Assembly: GCF_004010195.1 (NCBI RefSeq)
Contig: NC_057718.1
Span: forward strand, 61,773,318 to 61,837,317
Direction of reading: 5' to 3'
Length of the DNA: 64,000 nt
Source of the DNA: Chiloscyllium plagiosum
Lineage: Eukaryota
The notes below the pieces were generated by a model. That model made no database searches. It saw only the letters and a list, made by a program, of their open reading frames with translations, and was not told the DNA's origin. Numbering within the stretch: position 1 is the stretch's first letter; every line of letters starts with the position of its first letter. The position numbers and the translations under genes are program-made. Of this stretch, positions 1 to 11,540 are shown one piece after another.

Positions 1-1102
1 TGACATTCAACCAACCCTCATTTCAGCAAATTAAGCTCTGATGGGTAGGAGGATTGAAAGGATTAGATCCTAATTATCATGCTTCTAAAACTATACTGGT
101 AGTAACGATGGAAGCAGTCCTAAAAAGTGTTACCCAGATTTTATGTTTGTGCTGGAAAATATAGATTTAATTTCAGACCAATGATGGTTGAGTATTGTTC
201 AGCCACTGAATTAGTAGTGTAGATAGGAAAGCATTTTCCATCTTTTTTTCAGATGCAGAGTGATTAATATACACTTGCAAGGAAGGTTAATGTTCCTACA
301 GTTCCTTTAACAAATATATGTGAAGGTAAGTCATAGATATATGGAATTTGAAATTCTGAAATAAGTGCAGCTGTTAGCCAAAAGAAACAGGGTGAAGTCA
401 AAGATCACCTTCAGTTCTGAAATCCTTAAGGTTAAGACTTGATACTAAGTTACCTTGGGTCCAACAGAATGAAAGCAAGGCCAAACAACAAACTCCCAAA
501 TGATGTACCCACATGATCTATTAATGACTCTTACAAATGTCCTGTTTGGAAAGTAAACACTTTCAATTAAGACAAACAGTCAAAGGTCACCCACAATCAG
601 AGAAGGAAGGAAGGTATGGCACAGAATATGGCCAAACCAGAATATGATCCCCAGGGAGTTCATTGGCAATAATATACTTTTTAATGATTAATGAATCCAG
701 TGAAAATTACAAATGCTTGGGACAGACCTTAAGATCATTACAGCCCCCGCAATGGAAACATACTTTCTAATAGGTTATTTATTTCACATGTTTGGCTGTA
801 TATTTTTCATCAAATCCATTCTGAACAATAAGGGTTGAATTGGAACATCTCTAAAGAAAGAGAAACATGTCATTACATTTAAGCATAAACCAGCTGGACT
901 TCATTCTGGCCTGATACTCAGATAATAAAGGGGCATATTAAAATCCTCACTATACAGAATCTCAATTGCTGATATCCCAGATAGAAAAAAACACTGGAAG
1001 CAGGAGTCAACAATTTAACAGGAGGAGTTTTCAAAATATCACACTGATATTGAAAATCGTCCAACTGAAAATGTCTAATGTTTATTCGAGTAGAAGACTT
1101 AC

Positions 1103-1420
1103 CCATCTTGTCCTTGATATTAATGCAAAGATCAATGGACTCTTCCTGTAAGTCACTTCTCAACCTTATTTTGTCAAAGTCTTCAGTTATCTCTGTACTG
1201 AGAAACCTGGAAACTTGATCAAGAAGTGGAAGATAAGAAGTAAACAATTTGATGACCTCTTCTTGATTGTACAGAGGCTTCATACGCTTATCACACAGTA
1301 AATTGATGATGTTTTCACATGAAAAATCTTCAGCATTCAGGGCAACCTCTTTACAAGTTGTATTCCTTTAACAAGTCAGTAAATTTTCAGCTGCTTCAGC
1401 AGGAAGCTATACATTTTGAC
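1103..1420 (-). other. Putative orphan exon (318 nt, phase 1-1), possibly pseudogenised coding exon
   Basis: Acceptor tttcttacag| before 1420; donor ATGG|GTAAGT after 1103; protein-like frame with two stops early, then open through MKPLYNQEEV...IKDKMG. Confidence 0.45.
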
Positions 1421-1840
1421 CTGTAAGAAATAGAACTCTGCAGCAAGTTGGAACCAGAATCTCAGTGATTGTACAATGACAAGGTCAAAAGTCTACTTGG
1501 ATGTTGGTCAACTGACTTGTTTTAACATACATTAATTTCTACTGACCTATGTATATTATGAAGACAAATTCATGAATTTTAGAATCATCTAAGATAAAAG
1601 AAGTTGCAAATGTCCATCCATCTTTAGGGTAGCAATTCACCTACTTATCCTGGTATTTTGCATATTAAATGCACAAAACTGTATCAAAATACATGAAGAA
1701 ATGTATGAATGAGCATAAAATGGTAAAATGTGCACACCAAATTAAAAATTGGAAATTAAATTTATAATTTTTTCTCTGACACTTGAAGTGTTGTGCTGCC
1801 AGCCCTTAAAAACATTTTACATAGCACAGTGTGTACAAAG

Positions 1841-2056
1841 TCAAGAGTGTGATGCTGGAAAAGCACAGCAGGTCAGGCAACATCCAAGGAGTAGGAGAAT
1901 CAACATTTCAGGCATAAGCCCTTCATCAGGAATCCTGATGCTGGGCTTATGCCCGAAACGTCAATTCATCTGCTCCTGGGATGCTGCCTGACCTGCAGTG
2001 CTTTTCCAGCAACACACTCTCAACTCTGACCTCCAGCATCTGCATCCTCACGTTCT
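1841..2056 (+). mobile_element. Palindromic Penelope-derived mini-element with two opposed hammerhead motifs
   Basis: Arms 1844-1930 and 1934-2020 are imperfect reverse complements. 16-bp TSD cacagtgtgtacaaag (1825-1840) / cacagtatgtacaaag (2057-2072). The arm matches the terminus of the GIY-YIG element at 3305-3390. Confidence 0.85.
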
Positions 2057-2595
2057 CACAGTATGTACAAAGCCATTTATCTGAGAGATAAGATCTGATT
2101 ATTTCTGATAATTAATTTCAACTCAGTTCATAGTACTCTTTGTTTCTTATTTCGATGAAAGCGTATTCTCGAAAAATGGATTATCTGAATTGATTGAAGC
2201 AATAAAATGCTGAAGGACTGACTAAGCATGGCAATAAAAATTAATTACAATGCATACTTTTTCTATCTAGACTAGGTATTGTACATCATACAGATATCTG
2301 AAGGTTATACTGTATCTCGATTAAAATGCTAGAATAGTATGAACCATGGTTATTAATAAAGTTGAGTAGCAAATATCATAATTTCTGAAACTCTAATACT
2401 CTTTATTTTCATATTTTTAAATAAATGTTTTGTCAAGAATAAAATGAGTGAATCTTTAATTCAAATCAATGGGTTAGATTTTCAGATCCAGAGGCCAATT
2501 TCTGTCATTGTTCCCACCATCTACACACTCTAAAAGGCAGTGAAAGGCTAATTCCAGAAACCAAGGAAATTAGTTAATCAGATTGTTGAATGTCC

Positions 2596-3398
2596 ACCAA
2601 AGCGTCACCTACAATCAGACCCCACCACCAGAGGTATATTTCCCTCCCCACCCCTACCAGTATTCTGCAGAGACCACTCCCTCTGTGACTCCCTCGTTAA
2701 GTCCACCCCCACCCCATCCAAGGCCCCAAAAGGATCCTTCCACATACAGAGAGATTTTTCTGCACATCCAAACACCTCATCTACTTGTCCATGGCTCTCA
2801 ATGTGGTCTCCTCTACAGTGGGGAGACAGGACACCAACTGGCAGAATGTTTCAGAGAACATCTCTGGGACACATGCACCAAACAACCCCACCGCCCTGTG
2901 GCTGACCACTTCAACTCCCCCTCCCACTCTGCCAAGGACATGCAAGTCCTGTGCCTCCTCCATCACCAAATCCTAGCCACTTGACATCTGGGGGAAGAAC
3001 GCCTCCTCGTCTGCCTTGGGACCTTCCAACCACACAGCATCAAGGTCAATTTCACACGTTTCCTCATTTCCCTTTCCCCCACCTCATCCCAGATCCAACC
3101 CTCCAACTCGGCATCACCCTCTTGAACTGTCCTACCTGTCCATCTTCCTTCCCACCTATCTGCTCCACCCTCCCCTCGAACCTAACACCAATCTCCCCAC
3201 ATCTCCATCTACCTATTGCCTTTCCAGCTACCTCCCCCACCCCCAGCCCCAACCCCACCCTCCTATTTATCTCTCAGCCCTCTTCCTCCCCACTCCCCAC
3301 ATTTCTGATGAAGGGCTTATGCCTGAAATGTCGATTCGCCTGCTCTTAAGATGTTGCCTGACCTGCTGTGCTTTTCCAGTGCCACACTTTTTTGACAC
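2596..3398 (+). mobile_element. Penelope-like retroelement 3' fragment (GIY-YIG remnant, pyrimidine-rich UTR, terminal repeat)
   Basis: SQCGLLYSGETGHQLAECFREHL...PVADHFNSPSHSAKDMQV is the Penelope GIY-YIG signature (CxxCxxxYIGET...RFREH...PVAxHFN). Confidence 0.85.
3305..3332 (+). ncRNA. Minimal type I hammerhead ribozyme motif
   Basis: CUGAUGA-A-GGGC(UUAU)GCCU-GAAA-UG-UC: both core boxes intact, stem II present, GUC cleavage triplet, loopless stem III. Confidence 0.65.
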
Positions 3399-3749
3399 AA
3401 GGTGGTTGAGAGTGCCGACTTGAGATTTTGATGGGGAAACACATTGTACAATGGGTCAGGGGCAGACTGGATGCAAAAAATGAGCCATAATAGCAGGAAA
3501 TCAGTCATCTCAAGGAATTGGTCAGCTCCTAAAAGGAATGCCAGAAAGAGGGGCATTCTGCCATTAACACACAAGTACCATCAAGTACACACAAGTTTAA
3601 GGGAGAGTTTCAGATTTGTACTTGGGCAGTACATGGAGCCTTCAGTTTCTGGGAGTGTAACAGAGGGCAAGGGTTCCAGGCACAATTGGGACCCCAGCTA
3701 AGCACAAGTTAGTAATGCAGCTCAGATTTCAGTTTAATGGCAATGAGCA

Positions 3750-4880
3750 ATAACACTGCGCAATAGTAAGGGCAAAGCCTCAGATATAAGGAGGACATAA
3801 GACAGGGATGAGATGTAGGAAGGTGACAGTGCAGGATAGGATCTACCACTAGAGATAAAGCTTCCTTGAGACTACAGAGACCCAGTTCCAGAGAAGATTG
3901 TAGCTTTCAAGACAGATGGTCACAGAGATTTATACTCTCTTCATGGAAGACCTCATACCTTGTAGCCATGCTGTGCCATCGGCCGTCAGAATCACTGTGG
4001 CTTTGAATATCTTTGCGTTTGGCAACTCTGAATGATCAGTTGTGGACTTTAGCAGTGTCTCAGAAATGGTTGCAGGCCAGTGCCCCCCATCTCACAAATC
4101 ATCCATATGGTTTTTTAAAGCATGGATATTCAGTTCCAGAAAGATGTGGCCTCACAAGCACAGACGGCAGTAGCACCTCCATTGCTATCATCTTCCTGGT
4201 GAACTGCATCATCATTTACATCCATGAGGCTATCAAGACATCCAGTGACTAGCCAGTGAGATTCATCACAGGAAAGTTTTGTACTCCCTAAAAGTTTAGC
4301 TGCTCTCTGAACACAATAAGCGTTTGTTCCAAGTAGGTGTTCATTTTCCTGGTAGCTACTATGACACTTTCATCCTCCATCAGTCCCAGCTTCATTTCAC
4401 TCCCCAAATGATGCAATGGGCTTCCAGAGGGCAAAAAGTTGTCCTGTGATGAGGTGCCTGCTCACCATTTGATGAGATCCTGAGATAGAGTCACAGGGGT
4501 GCTGCAAGTGAAGCCATCTGCTCTGAAGGACCACCATCAAGCTGTCCATCGGGCTTTTGAATTTGTGGTTGTGCTTTCTGAACCAGGCAGGTGGTGCTCT
4601 GCACACACCTTGCACAAAGTGGTGGCTTGCTGCACTTGGCATAGAGAGAGAGACCCTCTAGAGATGTGTGGGCCTTAGAGAGGGTGGAGTGGTGGATGTA
4701 CACACCTCATCAGAGGAAGAGGAGCAATAAGACATGGAAAATGGACAGAAGGAAGAAGATGCAGAACACAGAGCTGCTGCTGCAGCAGAAGGGAATGGCC
4801 TCAGGACTCAAAGGTCTCAACATGATGCCATTAATATCAGAAATCAGCTTACCCAGGCACTATTCCACTCTGGGAAAATA
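3750..4880 (+). mobile_element. Decayed PIF/Harbinger (HARBI1-like) transposase
   Basis: Fragments PSAVRITVALNIFA, FPGSYYDTFIL (PGSxHD motif), TIKLSIGLLNLWLCFLNQAGGALHTP, acidic tail and AINIRNQLTQALF. The element probably extends from about 2490 to about 7465. Confidence 0.6.
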
Positions 4881-6197
4881 ATGTGGCCAAAAACTCAATT
4901 TGCGCTATGTATGAACGCACTTCCATTGAATTTGCAGCCTGAAATAGGCTCATTCCTGCTTTCAATGAAGGATACACTTCTGTCCAGAGGTTTCACTGTC
5001 CCATAAATAGATTTGTACTCCCCTTCAACACTTCATTATTCTTCTTGATGCATCATTAAAAATAGAAGTTTATACAACTGCCATTGTGATCAATAATTAC
5101 ATGGTGTTCAAAATGAGAACATGAGTCCAGGTATAGGTGAAACACGTTAGTGATGCAGTCAGTGCTCAGACAGATGCAGTTCCACTCTTAACCACTTCTA
5201 TGTGGCACTCCTCTTACAGCCTACTCATTTGTCTCTGCCTGTGGCTGAGATGCATGTGGTTCCCTCAACATTTCCAGTGACTATCTTTGCCCTAAGATCT
5301 TGTTCTGGACGGTGGGAAGTGGCCACCAACTGGAGTGCAACTGACATCCCTTCCAAACATCTGCACAACCAGCTACAATGATCGGTCCATGCTACAAAGT
5401 ATAGCATGCATCCTCTAAACATTAAGAGCACAGTTTCTGCATCCAGAGCCAGTGCTGTGATACAAATCTCTCCAGAAACATATCACTCCCTCAGTGGAAG
5501 AACTCATGTGCTCAAAGCTTTAGTCCAGTGGGCTACATGAGCAGAATGGACTGCTCAATTTACAGCATGAGCCTGCATACTTTTGACATCAAAGAAATCA
5601 TCTGTCACTGCCAGAACCTCTTTTCATGTGCCTAGTTAAGCATGCTGTGTGTACTCTCCATCCTCCAAGGAGAACAGTTCACAGGAGCTTCTGATTCTAT
5701 CACTCTTCTTATTCACTCATGATATGCATTGAGTGCCATCCTATTAATCTGTTGATGGGAATCCACTGTAGTGACTAAATTTGAGCTGAGGGGATGCATT
5801 TGTAAGATGTGATGGTGCTTGCTCTGATACCAGCATCTGTTCTGGCACAGTCACAGGAATCTCTCTTTCCTCCGTAACATCAGTGTGAGACACAAGAAGT
5901 AATCATGACAACTAGCCTTGGAGAGCAGTAACCTCTGCAAGGCTGAAACTTTCCAATGCAGCTGTTAGATGTACAGTACAAGCCATCCTTTTCCAGTTAG
6001 GCCTTGCAGTTTCTATTCACCCTGTCCAATAAGGATGCTCATTGTATTCCATTACTTGCTCCTGATCAGCCAGACTGGCATCTCCATCGTTGCCTTTCAT
6101 TGTCCAATATAAGGACCCTTGTTCCCCTTCAAGACTTCATTACTTTTCTTGGCACATCATTAATAAATGGAAGCTTACACATTCCCTGGGGAGTCAG

Positions 6198-6573
6198 ACA
6201 CTGAGGGTTGACCTTATAGAGGTTTATAATATCATGAGGGGCATTGATAGAGTGAATAGACAAGGTCTCTTTCCCAGGGCAAGGGAGTCCAAAACTAGAG
6301 GACATAGATTTAACGTGAGAGGGGAAAGATTTAAAAAGGGCCTGAGGGGCAACGTTTTCATGCAAAAGGTAGTGTATGTCTGGAACAAGCTGCTAGAGGA
6401 AGTGGTGGAGGTGAGTGCAATTCCAACAATTAAAAGGCCATAAATAGGAACGGGTTAGAGGGATATGGACTATATGCTGGCAAATGGGGACTAGTTCAGA
6501 TTGAAATGTCTGGTCATTATGGATGTGTTGGACCAAAGGGAGTGTTTCCGTGCTTTAAGACTCTATTACTCTA
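6198..6573 (+). mobile_element. CR1 LINE 3' fragment
   Basis: LRVDLIEVYNIMRGIDRVNRQGLFP...TRGHRF...VWNKL; tail gactctattactcta. Confidence 0.9.
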
Positions 6574-8084
6574 TAATTATATGGCTTCCAAAAAGAGAAC
6601 ATGAGCCCAAGAACATGTGAAACACATCTGATTCACTCAGTGCTCAATCATCAGATGGCTGTGACTATGTAAAAGAACTTGACCCTTCCTCCAGTCTAGA
6701 CTTTTTTTTAAAATAGGCCTTATGTGTCCTTTTGTCCTGCAAGGTCAAAAGAGAGTCAGGCAAGGTATGGCTGGCCTTTATGGGTCATATCCATGGGAAA
6801 CTCTATGTTGCTGGCAAGTCCACAACAACACAAGAGTTCGGAGCTTTCTGAAAGGTCAGTAGGTCCATGGGTCATAATTATGTTTTGGAGCAGGATACAT
6901 CCTTACACTGCTCACCTGGATGCCTGCTGGAGGTTGACTATCCAGACACCTGAGTCAACTTGCCAAAACAAATCAGGTCATTGAACCTTTGCCTGCATTG
7001 CACACATTTGACCTGACCACAGCATCTGCTTAGGTGGTCAGCCACCTCTACGCAGGTATGTTTAATTGGGAGGCTGGCCTTCTTTTACTCTACTCTGGAA
7101 AAAGGACCACCCTCTTTTTCCTCACTCTCTCAAAGAGACCCCTGTAGGTCTATGGCTGTGAAGTGAGAGGAAGCCCTAGCCCACAGTTCCAGCCTCCATC
7201 TTCCCTGCCCCACATTTTCCACCCACTGCAAGTAACAAAGTAAAACAACAGTCACAATAATAGTCGCTGTAGACTATTTAAATCAGGTTGGTACTTGCTC
7301 TGTGTTGCCAAATTGGCTGCTGAACCACTGTCCAGCCAATTACCAGACTATCCCTGTGAAAATCGGGATCTGTGAATACTATCCTGCCCCACTCTCCATG
7401 CAGATCTTTGGAATCAAGAAGCAGCCCCAAACTTTGTTCCCAATCCTGATACAAACAACAGGCCCAATGTCTGAATTTTGAAATTGGACTCCATAGAGTG
7501 ACAAGGGAAGCTAGGATTTAATCTGTAGCTCTGATATACAATCCAGCTTACAGAAATAGATTCCTAACATTTGAGGCAATGCATCAACTATCCTGGGTAA
7601 CATCATGGCTTAAAACCTGATCTAATCTGATTTGTAAATTGGTGCACACATTATCTCCTACCTATGATATGAAGATTTTGAGTTCTGACATTTAAAAAAA
7701 GTGAAGCAGACACAGAATTGAAATATTTATCTCTATAAAATCCTCATAAATAATTCGCTTTCTTCCTCTGCTATAATAAATACAACACCTCTATATATAG
7801 AACCATAAAAACATTTTCAACCACAGTCCTTCCATAGAGCATGTACAATTTGCACTTCCTTCTCCCAATTTACTTGAATAATCAATGTACATCATAAATA
7901 GATCACATTCACTATGTTCTGACCCTACAATATTTCTTTATAACATTATTTTCTATGTGATACTGCATACTTATTTCATCATTATAAATTGAATGCAGCT
8001 ACTAAGTCTATTAGAAAAGGTTACCAGACTGCCTCAACAAAACCCTGACCCCAGCAAACAGTTCAGGGAATGAATACAGAATGT

Positions 8085-8455
8085 GGTGTCATACAAAGGC
8101 ACAGATGGCTTGGAAGAGCACAGATCCAATCATTTCTTTTGTACTGAATCAGTTGGTCTCAACTGGGATAGAAATGGGATGCAATGATTGGTCTTCATTC
8201 ACCAGGAGGTGAATAGATGAGAAATTCACACAGGATTTCCTCACTTGGTCACTATCCAGTGACCCTGCCTATAAAGTGGTGTAAGTGGTGGCTGGATGAG
8301 GCCAAGAACTAGCTGAGTTGTGATGCTCCCACAGCACTCAATGTCTAGGCTCACGTGTGAGGGACGGCCACATAGACGATGCACTGTCGGACTGTGAGCA
8401 CCCGTAGATCAGTATCCCAATGAGTCATTACCTTCAGGAAATGAAGGGGAAGGAG
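8085..8455 (+). mobile_element. Old SINE-like repeat, same family as 13890-14230 and 48690-48860 (minus)
   Basis: Shared blocks cctcacttggtcactatccagtgaccc / cctgattctcatccaatg, gatgaggccaagaactagctg / aatgaggacaggatctggttt, and gagtcattaccttcaggaa / tagtcaatgttttcagaa. Confidence 0.5.
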
Positions 8456-11274
8456 AGAAAAACTGAAAAGAAAGAAGTTAAAAAGAGCTTTATACTACTT
8501 TCAGGTAAATATGAATAACATATTTTTCAAAAGAATCAACAGCTAGTAACAACAGCAAAGAAAGAAGCGACAGAGCTGTAAAAAAAAAAAGTATCAATTG
8601 CATTGGACAAAGATTTTAGACTAAAATGGTAGTTACAAAAATCAGTAACAGAAATAGCAATCAGAAACATTTTTTTAAACTATCAACCTTCTACCCATCC
8701 CTACCTTTAACAGTTTTACACTTTTAACGTATAAAGTACCCAGGATAGGCCAGCAGCATTTATTACCAAACCCAATCTGCTTCAGAATGAATTAGACTGT
8801 ATTGGGCCATTAAGCCATAGCCTTATAGATCATTTAAGCATGCTATAAAATGCAACATTGTTGAGTCACACACCATAACAGAAAAACATCACTATATTCA
8901 AGCTTAAATCAACATTAAATAAAGATGCAAATTACAAATTGTATACAAGTATCATGCCACAATTTCTTTATGGTTAAAAATCCACTCTAAGACCAAATGC
9001 ATAGTGAAAGTTGTATTATGATTCATAACCATGCTCCTCCAGTGCAGTATTAATGTATTTATGTAAAAAAAGTACTGTATTGCATATCAAACAACATTCT
9101 AAACAGCTACTTGGAAAATTTTGTGGAGTAAAAATTTGTTGTCCAAAATTCTCCAATGTTTTCAAATTCTAATGAGCAGAAAATCAGAGGCTTTATAAGG
9201 CTGAAAATGTTTTGCCATGTCTTGGTTATAATAAATTTTAGAAAATTTTGTTCAATTTGTTTAACAAAATGCTCGCAATGCAGGGAGAGTTTCTCAGTGC
9301 ACTGTTTATTGAACTTAACCCAGTTATAAAGAGACATAATTTTACAACATCGTACAAACAGAATCTTCCTCAATTTTTGCACTGGTCACAAATCAAGAAA
9401 GTAAACGAGTTTAAAAATACTGGAAAAAGGTGGTGAGATTTTATGTGGATTTAAAATTAAATGTTTTTAAAATATGTTGATTTCAAATGACCAATTGTTT
9501 GTTAATAGATGAATTCCACATCATTTTACCTGGTTACAACACCTTCATAAAGATTACTCCTTTTCTTGTACTTAATAGATTATTCAATGTATTGGTGAGG
9601 TAGGTTGAAGTGATCCAATTGATAGGTGCTCAATTATCTAATAATACAGGAGATAGAACATGGATTCCCAATCTTGACCCTATAATTACCAGTGACACCA
9701 GAGGAGTCTTGGTAATTGTCCAATTGGAGAAAAAGTGTAGACAACAGCTCATGACAGGCCACCAGCTCAAGCTCTCATAAGTCAGTTAAAGAATGGCTCT
9801 GGCATATGCCTTAGAGGCAGCTAACTGTCTACTTTGAAATGAATGATGCATGGCCTTAAAATACTTAAAAGGGAACCAATTCAAAGAAAAATTCACTGAA
9901 ACAAATTAGTGAACTAAAATACTAAAATAGACGATTTAATCTGCTCTGATATATAGGCGATATTTATTTTGATTTGGCTCCTTTAATAGGGCAGAATTTA
10001 CTCAGCCCGTAAAAGAATAAAGATTCATAATCAGCACATATACTAATGAATATGTTTACTGCAGCAATGTTACATGTTTGGTGGCAAAACATGTTTATGT
10101 GCTACATTCTTTGCAGCACTAAGTTTACTGCATGTTGTCAAGATGCAGTGAAATACAATTAAGTGAAGGTCAAATAATTAATACAATATATATTTCTAGT
10201 TGAAGTTAAAAACAGATCATTTTCATTTGATTATTTATGACATTTCCAAATAGAGGCTTCATTAATCACTAATGAAAAGTGGATTCGAATAAAATGTTAA
10301 TAAAGCAAAATTTCAGGTTTCAAACAGCATTTAGTTATTTCACCAGATCACCCTCCAATACCTCCTTCCCAGCAGTCTGTTCATTTTCATCATCTTATTT
10401 ACATAAAAGTAGGATCCTCAATTTATTGCACAGCAGTCATTAACTGCTTGGTAGAGATTAACAAATGTGGTCACCAGGGAGTTGAAATATTTGGCTTTAT
10501 TAATTTTAGCAAGGAAGGAGACAGGTGAGGTGTTATTATGTTCTTTTCTGATAAAACTAGGGAACACAGTAAGTTCTAGTCCTCGGTATAGAAGTTAGAA
10601 TGTTCATAATAGCTATCAGAAAAATAGGATTCAATGACACTGTTTTTTCCAATAGAAGACAAGAGCAGGAGCAGTCCACTTATCTCCTCAAGCCTCTTCT
10701 GTCTTTTAGTTAAATCATAGCTGACTTGTATGTTAACATCCATACATCTTGGGTCCATATCCTTTAATATTTTAGACTGACAGAAATGATTAAATCTTAA
10801 TTTTGATGTTTTTCATTGACGTATAGCTTATTTTTTGTGAGTTAGTGAAGAATGTTTCATGGACTGAAATCCGTATGTTGAATGAAGCAGCAAAAGACAT
10901 TCAGAAGTTTACAAGGGTTTTGTTGTAAATCCATGGTTTAGCACAAACATCAATTTCCAATTTTCCCTCTTCGATCATCTCTCTCTGCCCAGAAGCCAAC
11001 AACAATCCTCAAGGACGATATAAGTATCTTCTATACATAAATATCAACCTGTTCAGATATGTTATGACAGATCTGCAGAGCAAGTAAGATTGAAATGATA
11101 TTTTCTGTCCCAGAGGTAGAGATACTACCAATACACCAAAGTAGCACTCAAGAAAAAGCCTCTCAAACACAAGGTTCAATATGCTCTCTCTGTTCACAAT
11201 CAAAGCTGGAATTGTCCTGGTTTACCCTTGAAGGGACCTGCACTTCCAGAACTTGCAGGGAATAACTATTCTAG

Positions 11275-11540
11275 GTTTTCAATACCCCTTGTGTGAAGAA
11301 ATGCTTTCTGACATCTTCTCTGAATGGTCTAGTTTTAATTTTAAGATTGCGCAACATTATTTCCCATCGAAGGAAATAGTTTCTTTCTATCTACCCTATC
11401 AATTTTAATCACCTTAAACACCTCAAGTGGATCATCCTTTAATCCTTCTTATTCAAAGAACCACAAACCCAGTTTATGCAACCTGTCCTCAAAATGAACT
11501 CTTTTAGCACAGTATCATTCTAATGAATATGCACTGCAGA
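11275..11540 (-). mobile_element. Old CR1-like LINE 3' fragment
   Basis: ccccttgtgtgaagaaatgctttctg...ctatctaccctatc...tttaaacacctc...cccagtttatgcaacctgtcctc is the reverse of the CR1 ORF2 C-terminus. A further piece lies at about 10645-10800. Confidence 0.65.

Noticed and set aside
2951..3423. Pro/Ser-rich ORFs
   Set aside because: Low-complexity pyrimidine-rich UTR of a Penelope element.
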